Positions 13,702 to 25,100 of a DNA stretch of 64,000 bases are shown here, piece after piece. Position 1 is the stretch's first letter; each line of letters begins with the position of its first letter. This DNA comes from Flectonema sp. DT1601 (lineage: Eukaryota), in assembly GCA_964019425.1 (NCBI GenBank), contig OZ025783.1, forward strand, positions 1,116,001 to 1,180,000. Reading direction: 5' to 3'. A program made the position numbers and the translations under genes. The notes beneath the pieces were generated by a model. That model was not told the DNA's origin. It made no database searches and saw only the letters and a list, made by a program, of their open reading frames with translations.

Positions 13702-14160
13702 CTACTCCGAGACAACAAACTTTGCCAAGTCTGATGGTGAGACGAATGTTTCCCATTCGAGGTCATTAAGAAATCGTACTTCGAGTCTGTTCAGTTCTTT
13801 TGCTTCCATTCCGAATCTGCTTGCGTAGTAAGAGTTGGTAGCTAAGTCCATGCAGTCGCATTGGTACTTTGTCGCGACAACCAATGCACTTACCAAAATA
13901 CGATGAACTGATAAAGATGTTACTAATAATCCTTTCTTTACAGCTCTCTGAATGTAAAGAGCAGCCATTACGACAACTACGTCTGGTGCCTTCGATGTTC
14001 TCTGCCACCATCTGATCACCTGAAGAATTGGTGACTTTGATGCAGCACGTCCATCGTAGTACGTAACCTCTCTCGGGTTCTCAGCGTTTACTTTATCTCC
14101 AATCTTAGCAAGCTTTGTGAACATTGAAGCAATATCGGTGTCAAGAATGGTCATCGACAT
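13702..14160 (-). CDS. PHO80/U-type cyclin, copy 2
   Basis: Same motifs as copy 1; differs from it at 3 residues (L/I, E/K, S/R). Confidence 0.9.
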   Translation of the reverse strand: MSMTILDTDIASMFTKLAKIGDKVNAENPREVTYYDGRAASKSPILQVIRWWQRTSKAPDVVVVMAALYIQRAVKKGLLVTSLSVHRILVSALVVATKYQCDCMDLATNSYYASRFGMEAKELNRLEVRFLNDLEWETFVSPSDLAKFVVSE

Positions 14161-15441
14161 TATTATTATGTTTTTTTTTTTTTTTTTTTGAAGTGTGAGT
14201 ACACTGATTCAAACGAATGACGTAATTAGATTGTAAACAGGTCTATCTTCTCATATTTTTTATGACCTCACTTTGAACCACCCCCACAGAAATAATCTTG
14301 TACTGTGAGAGATAATTATAATAAACACGTTAAACTGTACTCAGTAGTTACGTATCCCGCAATACTTCATTCAACCTTTTTAAGAGCAATACACAGGCTT
14401 CCAATTAATCACAAAGAGAAGTACAAAGTCTGACAGACCTGAATTATTAATAATTTCTATTTAGCAGGGGGTGGTAGGCTTATTGCCTTAGTGTTTACTT
14501 AGTCGTTTTCGAAATCACAGGTAGCGGTAAGGATTCACATGGAGGCTATCCATGTAAGCAACTCCAATGTCAGACTTCACAACTCTCTTTATGAGTTTAT
14601 ATCCCGTCTTTTCCGGTTGCTAACATGTGTTTGTAGATGAAATCAGGGAAAGCAAAAAAAGAAAAAAAAAATGTATGAAATATATAATAACATGTCTTCC
14701 CTTTTTTATCCTCACAATGTTGTTAATGAGTGTAAAGCAAACGATAGGTCGAAAAGGGATCAAAAAAAAAGAGACAAAATACCTGAAAAAATAAACAGCT
14801 TCAGGGAGAGAACAAAAAGTTACTTAATTTTTTTTTTAAGATAAAGAAAAACAAATCATACTATCCTTATCCGTATCGCCACACAAGGTTAGGAAATGCC
14901 AAGTTTTATCAACATTACGGTGCCATATAAATCCCTACAAGTAAACTAAGACCCGAGGCACTGGCTACCAAGAAACAGAAGAAAAAAGAGGAAAAAAGAG
15001 GGGGAAAAAACGTTCCATCATAGGATGAATACAACCACACAGATAAAAAAGACAAAACAGAATGCAGGAACTATTTTCTTTTTTTTTTTTTTTTTCCCGG
15101 TTGCATAAATACTTTCACTTTTTTCTAATAAAACACTCTGCTATTGACACAACAGTTAGATATGATTATTCCCTCTCAACAATATCAGAAACTTGTACGA
15201 ACAAAGGTACAACAGAAAGAAAAGAAACGGAAAGAAAAAAAAAAACGACAACGATCCGTTGTCTAAATACCGACTACCTCTATATTACTTCGTTCAAGGT
15301 ACCAATGACTACCTCAAAGAATACACTGCCAATGGACTACTAGCAGTGGGAAAAGACTTCTAAATGTTCTTCAATTTGAAATAAAAAGTTTCAGTACCAG
15401 TGCAGTAGGAGCATCCACTAGCACGAAGGTTGATTCTCAGT

Positions 15442-17073
15442 TTATAGTTCTTGTGATTCACCACCAGCTCCTCCCAGCGTTGAGGACTTGGTCGGCTTTT
15501 TTCTCCTTGCAATGAACTCCTTCTTTGAAGCTGCAGTCTTTAAGAATCTGTGACTAAGTAAACCTTTCGCAGAACTTCTAAAAGAAGGATTACTTTGAAG
15601 AATGTGTTTTAAAAAAGAGAGACATTGATCACTTCTTTTAGAAACAGGTTGAGGTGGAGGTGAAGATATTATCGCATAGAGTGCTTTCATTTGGGACAAA
15701 TGGATGTTGGGAGGCTCACCGTCAATGAGCTCAAGCAATAGAATACCTAAACTCCAAATATCAGCTTTCTCATCATAAGACTCTCCCCTAATAACTTCTG
15801 GAGCCATCCAGTACGGCGTACCAACAACAGTTTCTCGTTTTCTCCTTCCGTCTGTGAGGTCTGCACCAAAACCGAAATCTGCGAGAGTCAGGATTCCATT
15901 ATTATTCCAAAGTACATTATCTGATTTAATATCTCTGTGTAATAATCCTCTCTCATGAAGGTAGTTGAGTGCATCACAAAGGGTTGCTGCAACATAAGCA
16001 ACGTCCTCATCATTGTAACCAGGATTAGATCCTCCTATTAAGTCAGTTAGTTTACCACCTTCCATGTAAGCCATTGAGATCCAAAGTACATCAGGTTTTG
16101 GTTGATAACAAGAATAAAAATTTATAATATTTGGGTGAGAGGACCCAGCCATGATCCGTATCTCATTTTCCAACGCCGCCATTTCCTTTTCCGGTTTTCT
16201 TATAAATATTTTCTTTAGAGCTACTGTGACGTTATCACTCTTACGCACAGCTCTATAAACTTCACCTTGAGATCCAGCATCAATCTTAATCAAGTCTCTG
16301 TACAGCTGTTCTGGATCTCGAGCTTGAACTAAGTCCTTTAGAGTCTTCCTAGAAATACCAATTGCATCTTTCATCTTTTTTGGATTGATATGGCAGGCAG
16401 CGGATTCGCTGCTTTCACGTCTTTCGATAGCGAAATCTACTACCATTTTTAAGGTTTTTCGGTGAGTTGCGAAGTCCTGAGCTGTGAAGCCCTCCGCTAC
16501 GAGTAACTCCTCCCAAATTGGAGGGAGTCCCTGAAGTCCTAAAGTTGATTGCCCAGTACTATCTTGAGTGACGGACACAACAGATTCTAATGTCGTTGGT
16601 TCGCCTATTGTTACTTTTGGTGAAAACTTTTGAAACATCGAAATCAATTTGTAAACGTCATCTTCTGATGCCGTCAGAAGCATTTCTTTCCATTTATCAT
16701 TAGGTCGTCGTGGTGTTAAAGTTGATACGGATACACATTTCCGCCTGCTTTTTATTTCAAGTGTACTTGTTGAGTCTTTTAGGTAGTAGCAACCAAGTGA
16801 CCGACCCCCTCGCTCGCTGAACCATACGACAAAGTTACCTTTTACTATAAAATAACGTTTATTCCAAGGGCTGACGGGATTAGGTCCCCATTTTGATGCA
16901 ATAAATTCTGCCAGGATCGGCTTTCCTAACTCTGACATTGTGACTCCTCGTAATAGTCGCCTCCATTCTTTATTATCTTCGGGGCATGTTGGTTGATCTA
17001 GTCGACCGTTTCCTCCTCTCTGTGCAGGCGCAGGCTGCTCGTCAAGTCTTCTGATGGCGGCCCTGTGATTCAT
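15442..17073 (-). CDS. STE20/PAK-family Ser/Thr kinase with N-terminal PH domain and degenerate CRIB region
   Basis: PH-like WNKRYFIVKGNFVVWF; GLPPIWEELL (PAK autoinhibitory segment); kinase motifs GSQGEV, VALKK, HRDIKSDN, DFG, GTPYWMAPE. Confidence 0.92.
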   Translation of the reverse strand: MNHRAAIRRLDEQPAPAQRGGNGRLDQPTCPEDNKEWRRLLRGVTMSELGKPILAEFIASKWGPNPVSPWNKRYFIVKGNFVVWFSERGGRSLGCYYLKDSTSTLEIKSRRKCVSVSTLTPRRPNDKWKEMLLTASEDDVYKLISMFQKFSPKVTIGEPTTLESVVSVTQDSTGQSTLGLQGLPPIWEELLVAEGFTAQDFATHRKTLKMVVDFAIERRESSESAACHINPKKMKDAIGISRKTLKDLVQARDPEQLYRDLIKIDAGSQGEVYRAVRKSDNVTVALKKIFIRKPEKEMAALENEIRIMAGSSHPNIINFYSCYQPKPDVLWISMAYMEGGKLTDLIGGSNPGYNDEDVAYVAATLCDALNYLHERGLLHRDIKSDNVLWNNNGILTLADFGFGADLTDGRRKRETVVGTPYWMAPEVIRGESYDEKADIWSLGILLLELIDGEPPNIHLSQMKALYAIISSPPPQPVSKRSDQCLSFLKHILQSNPSFRSSAKGLLSHRFLKTAASKKEFIARRKKPTKSSTLGGAGGESQEL

Positions 17074-19071
17074 TACCCCCCCCCCGCCTGATGAAAGAAT
17101 AATAAATCAGAACAATCAATAATGCACTGTGTACTATGGATAGGTTACCTAAAATTCATCTCTGCTTGAAACAAATAAAAATAAAAACCAAATAAAAACA
17201 GCAAGACAACCAAACAAGGCAAAGACTAACATTAACAATCAAGAAGAGGTTGGGAGGGTGGGCGGAGCGGAGATGCGAAAAAAATTGGGGTAAGCACGTA
17301 TCCTTCGTTTTTTTTTTGTTTTTTTTTTCTTATTGTCTCTTTTTTTTGTTTTTTCCCCTTAGGCTTCCACCTTCTTATGATTTATTTATCTCTTTCTACG
17401 ATATGACTGCTACAAGAACGATTCTAATATAGAGCAGGTCGTTGTACCTACTGGGGATTTATAAAAAAAATGAGAGAAAAAAAAAATTCCAAAATTAAAA
17501 CATTAAAAAGTTTTTTTTGCTTTTTTTTTTTCGTTTTTTTTTTTTTTTCATTGATTTACAACGTGATGCTTCAACGCGTTTTCTTTTTTTTCCTTCATTT
17601 TTTTTTTTTTTTTTTGTACAAAAAAAAATCATCGATTTTGCCACGAATTGCAATAACGAGTTTTTATTTTTTGAGGTGGGGGTGGTGGGAGGTAGGGGGA
17701 AGAAAATAACAGGAGAGCTCTAAATGCGCCCCAAATAACTAAAATAAGTATAAAGTACTGTCTGCAATGTGACACAACTTCGACTTCGCTTAACAAAGCA
17801 CCTTTGCTAAATAAAAACAGTTACAACATACTACTTCAATATATAAATATGTACGTATATGTAATACCTATAAACGAGAAGAAAAAAATATATTTAAAAA
17901 GAAAAGAAAAGAGGAAAAAAAATTGATTTCTTTTTTTTTTTTTTTTTTTTCTTCATCATCAACTAAACAATCTGCCAGGTACAGATCAAAACAAAGTAGA
18001 CCACATAAGACAGCTATCCTTAAGTAATGTAATATAAAAAAAAATAATAAAATAACACGAATAACAAAGGGAATCATGGGGGAGAAGAAAGTAATATAAA
18101 AAAAAAAAATAATTGCATTTTTTTTTTTTTTTTTTTTTTTCTGTGCCAGTCCGCAGCCATAGCTACAAGGCGTCGTGACCAACATTCTAAGGTTCAACTT
18201 ACTGTGGAACCCTTTGACAACAAAAAAATATATAGCATAGAAGAGCAACACAGTCAGCTAGAATATTTAACAAAGAAAAAAAAGAAGAAAAAAAACATGG
18301 TATGGGCTGGGGAGGGAAAACAAGGGGGCACTACAAAACACCCATCTAATATGCAGCAAATTGTTATTCTTTTATCATATTTCTGTTTTGAACATGGAAC
18401 ACGATACCACAGAAAACTAACGCTCTCATAAAAAACCACTCTTCAGAAGAGTCCAAAGTTTTTTTTTTCCCCTTCCCACCTCTGATACAGGAAAATAAAG
18501 GGAAGAAAAATAAAACAAAATAACAATCTCTCTGCCGAGGTTGGCAATAGCAAGAATAAGAGAGCGATTTACATAATATAATTGCAAGGCAAAACTTTTA
18601 GTGCGTATCGCGATGGTTGACGACCAAGATACAATTCGTCGTCAAACACATCACTAATCTCTAAAAAAAAGGAATGCGATGCATAAGATTTATAATTGGA
18701 GCTTTGTTTTTCGTCTCTCTCTTGCTTTTTTTTTTTTTTTTTTTTTTTCTTTTTGAAAGAATTTTGTTTTTTTTTTTTCACAAAGAAAAAATAATAATAA
18801 TAATAATGAGTTCACTACAATCAAAAGGGAAGTAGCCGAGTTCATCTACAACGTGGTGCATTGACATGCGGGAGGGATACAACTTTTTTTTTTTTTTTTC
18901 TTTTTTTTTTTTTAAATTAAATAAAACTGCCTTCAAAAAATGGCTCCGCACAGCCGCAAGCCCAGCAGTCACAAATACCCGCTTACATCCCTCTAAAGAA
19001 GAGCATAATAACAATTTTTACAAGGCTGTTTTTCTACAGTTAAATACAATTGGGTAGTAAGACGACGTCCT

Positions 19072-21681
19072 TTAAGGCTTTGTAGGCTCTCGAGCAGGAG
19101 TCGACTTGGTAGTTGCAGATGATTGGTTAGCGCTCGCTATTTGTCCAGGAGTAGTAGCTGGGTATCTTTTTGGAATGAACAACCGCAGCTTTCCTAGAAA
19201 ACTGTAATGATCAAATTCCTTTGCTCCATAAGCATGACTCGCTAACTCCACGACGATGTTTATAAATTCGAAGAATGAAAGACCAGTTTGACCCTCACGC
19301 ATTTTACTCTTTTTGAGAAACAGCAGTTCCAGTTCTGGCTGTGTTAAGGTTCTGATTTTATCAACCAGATGAGGAGGAATGTCTATATTAAACGAACGAA
19401 GTCCGTACTTCGGCTCAAATCCTGCTGGCAGAGCGTACTCACCATCCGGAACTTCCCTCACTCCCTCGTCACGTTTGTCTGTTAATTTCCGACGAAGATC
19501 AAATGCTTTATTAGTAGCGTAGCTGCTTGTTGGTCTTTCAACAGTTTCATCAACTCTCAGTATCGGTTGTGTCTTCTTATCTTGTCCAAGTTGTTTAAAA
19601 GATCTAATAACTCCACATTCTCTAAAGAATTTACAGAATCTGGTTGCTGACATCTCTCCTTTCTTTAAACCACAAGCCTTGTCGAAACAATCTCTGAGTT
19701 CCTTGTTAAATAGAATGAGATGCTCGTATACTTGAGGATTCTTTGATGGGTAGACTTGTGTGTATTGACCGTTATGTGATTCTTCAAAGACTTTACGATG
19801 ACTTGGTCTCTGGCGGTTTACAAGACCAAAAGTACCGAGTTTTATACTCGTCGTAACTAATGGAACTTTAACAGCTAAATCAATAGGAGAGTCTGCACTC
19901 ACTGAAGGTGATGCATTCACTTCAAGAAGCCATGGCTTTAGGTTATCATCAAACATTACATCAAATCCTAATATTTGAAAACATTTATAATTATCATCTC
20001 CTGGTTTCTGAATTGCCTCCAAGTTCAATTGAATGCTGGGCTGCAATGCCAACATACAGTCGACTACTAATTTATTGACGTCTTCCCAAACTGCATCGGC
20101 GTCATGTCCTTGAGAACGCAGCCAGTTTCTAACACTTTTTAATGTTCTTTTTGAAGCTCCGTCAGCAGCTTCGGTTTCTGTGCCTTGCGAAGGAACGAAG
20201 TTTTCACTGTCCTTGTTGAGAGAGTAGTTAGTAAGGTGCATGTACGCATCATGAATACTGTGAGAATCTAAAGACTTGTATGGAGTAGTAGCAAATCTCG
20301 CTAACCCTTCATCAAACAGGTAGATCTTCAATGGATCAACACACAGGACCAGAACGTATAGTCGAAGATCAAATTTCAACCCATCGATTAATAAAGGTTT
20401 ATCAAGGTACTGTTGGACTACCCAATGAATCTCAGGATTACGTCTTTCTCCCAATAGTTCTGACAGGTCTTGTGTCAAAAAAATACCTGAACCTTGTCTG
20501 CCTTTGCTCGGCTTTACAATCCACGTTTTCTTCTTAGGATCGATTCTGCGTCGTCCCTTTTTTTCTGGAGCCAGGGCCATGATTTCATCCTCATCGCCGG
20601 GAAGGCAGTATGTGGTTGGATAAAATGAAAAATCATCCGGGAAAAGTGCCTGCATTCTGTTCAAGTGGTGCGTGAATAGGACTTTATTACACAAGTCTCG
20701 CATACCAGGGAATCTATTGATTCGCTGTTTCTCATCGACAAGAGTCTTTGCAGCTTCAACTGATAGCGAACGATCAGTCCACAGTAAGTGTGCGGAGTCT
20801 CGTAGGGGAGCAAATTCTAATTTCAAAGTATTAGCAGCTGACAACACAACTGGTTTAGCACTTGAAGGATTGACGTAAATCTTAACGCGTTCCTTTACTC
20901 TTCTTACCTTCCTCTTAGCAACTTTATATTTATGTGATTCCATCACAGATGAGATAGATGGATGTTCCTTAGCATTTGGTGACTTAATTGATTCTCCTTT
21001 TTCCTTTTCGCGTTCATAACGTGCCCGTTCTTGCTCTTTGTCGAAATCTTCTGAAGCAGCGTGTTGGTATGACGATGAAGAAGTAAAGTTCGGAGAACCT
21101 TCCCTCGGCTGTTCTGCTTGCTGCTGTGCAGCTCTCAAGGCGCGTACTGATGACGGAGGAGCAGTTGAAGAAGGGGTCGTGTGACTTCTTACAGCTGACT
21201 GAGATGGAGAGTTTGGAGTTTCCTTTTTATGAATTCTGTTACTGAAGTGAATAGGAGATTTTCTTCTTGTCGCGGGAGTTCGTTTCTCGGTTGACGGGTC
21301 TAGTGTCTCTCCCGAACTGCTTTTCCGGCCCTGCGGTGCCTTCGCCTCCATCTCCGGAGCAGGTGCTGACGCATTAGCTGGCTTCTTCTTTGCTGGAAAC
21401 CTCAAAACTGGTCTTGGTGCTGGTTCTGGTTCATCTTGCTCTTCCTCTTCCTCAACATCACCATAATCCTTGTGAATAACTGGCATGTAGCCACCTCCAC
21501 CTAAGTCACCTTCTTCATCTCTAATAGGCCCATTTAACTTTGATCTACTAGATAGCCAACTCTTAATCTCATTGTCATCATTATTTTGATAAGCTGAAGA
21601 CGTCCTTGTTGCAAGAGTTGGTGGTGGTGGAGGAAAACTTACCGCAGCCATCTGGGTGGGGGGGTGGGGATGCCCAAGCAT
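19072..21681 (-). CDS. Tubulin-tyrosine-ligase-like protein (polyglutamylase type, TTLL6/7/11/13-like)
   Basis: INRFPGM, WIVKPSKGRQGSGIFL, QQYLDKPLLIDGLKFDLRLYV, HLTNYSLNK, ILGFDV, WLLEVNASPS. Start placed at the first ATG (21681), which follows a CAG acceptor, rather than the GTG in the ORF track. Confidence 0.92.
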   Translation of the reverse strand: MLGHPHPPTQMAAVSFPPPPPTLATRTSSAYQNNDDNEIKSWLSSRSKLNGPIRDEEGDLGGGGYMPVIHKDYGDVEEEEEQDEPEPAPRPVLRFPAKKKPANASAPAPEMEAKAPQGRKSSSGETLDPSTEKRTPATRRKSPIHFSNRIHKKETPNSPSQSAVRSHTTPSSTAPPSSVRALRAAQQQAEQPREGSPNFTSSSSYQHAASEDFDKEQERARYEREKEKGESIKSPNAKEHPSISSVMESHKYKVAKRKVRRVKERVKIYVNPSSAKPVVLSAANTLKLEFAPLRDSAHLLWTDRSLSVEAAKTLVDEKQRINRFPGMRDLCNKVLFTHHLNRMQALFPDDFSFYPTTYCLPGDEDEIMALAPEKKGRRRIDPKKKTWIVKPSKGRQGSGIFLTQDLSELLGERRNPEIHWVVQQYLDKPLLIDGLKFDLRLYVLVLCVDPLKIYLFDEGLARFATTPYKSLDSHSIHDAYMHLTNYSLNKDSENFVPSQGTETEAADGASKRTLKSVRNWLRSQGHDADAVWEDVNKLVVDCMLALQPSIQLNLEAIQKPGDDNYKCFQILGFDVMFDDNLKPWLLEVNASPSVSADSPIDLAVKVPLVTTSIKLGTFGLVNRQRPSHRKVFEESHNGQYTQVYPSKNPQVYEHLILFNKELRDCFDKACGLKKGEMSATRFCKFFRECGVIRSFKQLGQDKKTQPILRVDETVERPTSSYATNKAFDLRRKLTDKRDEGVREVPDGEYALPAGFEPKYGLRSFNIDIPPHLVDKIRTLTQPELELLFLKKSKMREGQTGLSFFEFINIVVELASHAYGAKEFDHYSFLGKLRLFIPKRYPATTPGQIASANQSSATTKSTPAREPTKP

Positions 21682-22151
21682 GCTGTAGATGAAGTATAAT
21701 ATAAATAGATTATCACACACTATCTTCAGTCCAAGTAGCTGTCGTCAGCTAACCGACTAATTAAGTTATTTAAAGAGATCAGATAGATGACTTCAATTAA
21801 TTATTCACATTATGTTTGAATAGTTCCTATTATTAGAAGTTAGATAAAAGTGTTGATTAAATTAATTACTTCACTTTGAGAACTTCCTCTACTGACCTAC
21901 ACGTTCCGTTGAGAGAAGGTTCGACCCTCCTAACAAGATGGTTACACAGCGGCAATGTATACATACACGCCCCGTCGTGGGTAACGGGATAAGAGGAACA
22001 GATACAGGTATAACGATATTTAGAAATAAAAAGAAAACGGGGAAATCTAATGAGGGATACTAACTATCGCAATGGGATGAATTGCTACTAATGAATTTCT
22101 AAAATCAAGTACTCTCCTCGACATTCACTTTATCGTTTCAGCCAACGGAAA

Positions 22152-25100
22152 TTATCTACGCAGCGCTTCTTGTTCTGCTAATCTTTGCTGAAGGACTCGT
22201 TCATCAATTGTGTTGGCGACTATAAATCTGGTTACGAATACTTCTTTCAGTTGACCAAAGCGATGTGCTCTTCCTACTGCTTGTTTCTCTAAGGCTACAT
22301 ATCTGTCTAAGGATGGAGCTAACAGAGGATGAACAAAAACAACATTTCTTGCTTGAGTTAAGTTCAACCCAGAGCTTCCTTCATCTAAAGGTAGTAATAA
22401 TATCTTAACATCTGGCTTTTGGAATGCTTCTATTGCCGACACTTTGTCGTTGTCAAATAAGGTTGAGAACGTTGCCTTGCATCTCCTGAGCTCATCAACT
22501 ATTAAGCTGTGTAGTTCCCGAAACTGAATGAATGCCTGTTTTGTGTTTATTGATATTTTATAATTTACTATTACTATTTAACAACTATACACCAATACAT
22601 ACCAATACTTTCTCATCTTGGTAACTTGCAGTACCAACAATAAAGTGAACTACTTCCTGTATTTTAGTTGGAGTGTTGTCAGGTAAATCTTCTAATTGAG
22701 ATCGCAAGACGATATCAGCGTTCTTGACGAGTGCACTGCATCCCCGGACAGGACATGTATCGGCATTTTCTGCAGAAGATAAAAACTCTGAAGAACATCC
22801 ATAATGTCCACAACATGTTGTAACACAAGGTTCAGATGGTATTGAATCAGTATGAGCAATAGTGTGGACATCACAGATCACATCACTGCGGTGGATGTTG
22901 TGACTTTTTTGCAAGAAACGCAGACTCCGAACTCTAGTCACATATTCTCGAGTACTTGATCGAAGGATGTGAACTTTTTCGTTTAACTCAAATTCAGTTG
23001 GTGTTTTTGTCAACGTCAGTTTAGTCTTTTCAGCTTCTGAAATCCTGGCCTTCAACCAATCTTTAACTTCGATATCTTCACTTGAGGCAGCGTCGTACCA
23101 GTTCTCCATCTTACCCCAGAAGTGTGGGTTTTTTAATTTTAATCGAATTCTGTTTCGCATTTGGGTCGCTTCTTTTAACAAATGAACGACACGCTCTGCG
23201 CATTGTTTCAGTTGAGATTGCCTGATACCCACAATATTCTTGTACGATTGCATTACACTCTTGTCTTCATCGTACAAGTTATATGTACAAGCGAGTTTAA
23301 CGAGAACCTCTTCAGGAGATGATGAGGTTCCCAAAAGTTGTGCAAATCGTTTCTCGCGATCATTTCCATCGCCGTTCCCACTCCAACGCTGGCCGGAATA
23401 TTGGGACACGTCAAGTGATTTAAAGAGAGATTCGAGTTCAGAATATATTGAACTGTGTGTGTGGGACATCCTTACAATTTGAGAATGAAAGCTGATCGGT
23501 AATTCATCAATCTCAGCGATGTTTTGCCTTACAAATATATCAATAAAACTCTGAGCTATAATATTACGATGAGTGTACCAAGCAGAGGATTTGACTCTCG
23601 ACATGGCATGGAATCTCTCAGCATCAGTTAAACTTTTCTTATTAACATTTTCAACAAGAGGCTCACCGATATGAACGCCGAGCAATGTAGCCATTTTTGA
23701 TACGTCGTCAAAGGTTGTCACACAAGGTGTTCCGGATAATAACCATATTCGTTGCCTACGAAGGTTACTTATCACAGCAAGCTGCTCAGTGTTGTCTACA
23801 ATAAAAGAAAACTCGTCAACGATAATTCTTTTCCACAATATCTGTTCTATCTTCATTGCTGCCTTCTCAGCATCTGTCAAGGCCGAGTAAAGAAAAACAA
23901 ACCTTCTTCCCGTAGCGTCAGCAAATTGTGAAGGCATTCTGGATCTAGCAGAGAGTAAAGTTGTTGTTATAAATACGACTGAGACACTGGCCAGTCTGGA
24001 AAGTGATTTCGAGTTTAAGTCTGAAAGAGTCCTTAGAACGATGTAGTCGAGAGTGTTTCCTAAAAACTTACGAAGCTCTTGAGGCCATTGAGATATTAAA
24101 TGAGAAGGTACAACTACCAGAGTTGCTGCACTCTTCACAATTGGATTTGATTCATTCGACGAGGCGATTGATGTGATGCTTTCGGTGTCTTCGTCTGACT
24201 TCGTTGCTGCGATCAGCGCCAAAGAAATTACTGTTTTTCCATATCCAACTTCATCAGCCAACACCCCACCGCACACGATTTTCGGTATGGTAACTCTTCC
24301 TTCGACTAGGATGTTACAAAATAAATCGTTTTCAACTTCCTGCTGTAAGAACGGAATTTGTTTTGAATCTTCTCTTTCAATCATCCACGACAAGGAACGA
24401 AGTTGTTCCTTTCGTAGAGTCTGATCGTCTTTGAATTGTGGTGGTTTTGAGTATTCAGGATTCCCTCTATTTGAGAGAAGCTCTTTAACTGTAAATGGAA
24501 CAAAGCCAGTGCTGGTATCACTAACCCGTAGAGCTCTCCAATCATAATTCATTCTCTGACCATCACATGAAATCATTTTAGAAGAGGAGGTGTGAACTAA
24601 CATTACAGGATTTATATTTACTCTCAGATCACTGTGAGTATCAGATATCCTTCTAAGTTGTGCTGAAACCCCCCTCGGTTTTCTCTTTAGAGCCATTTCA
24701 TATTCTGCAGCCATCTCTCCCGACTCGTATGGGTGTCCTTTTGAAGTCCATTTTATATCAGGTTGAGGTGGAGAGCAGGCAGCACATTCAAACTTTGATG
24801 CGGATGATATATTTTGCCAGTTGGAGAATTCTTGAGGGAACGACATGGAAGCGAGTACCCAACTAATGTCACTCCCAGAGCAGGGAAACCAAAGATCGCT
24901 GTGTGATATTTGATTCACCTGACACTTTGCAATAGTAATTGACAAAGAGCAATTATTATATTCAAGTGTTGGTACCTTCTTGGGTAATGACAGATTATCA
25001 AATGGTGTGATTACTTCTAATGATCCTGGTAGGTCTACGAAACGACCAAGTAGTGTGCATTCAATAATCTCTGATTCTACACTACCAGGTTTCCATCCTT

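Larger units (their letters stand above)
8690..14340. repeat. Tandem segmental duplication of the cyclin locus (about 8690-11670 and 12200-14340)
   Basis: Homologous blocks 8690-9275~12200-12690, 9980-10120~13270-13420, 10470-10600~13560-13690. CDS plus upstream 11017-11668~13698-14339 is nearly identical. Confidence 0.85.

Noticed and set aside
22152..22442. Stand-alone 96-aa helicase-C gene
   Set aside because: It is the last exon of DNMT5, joined by the 67-nt intron at 22536-22602.
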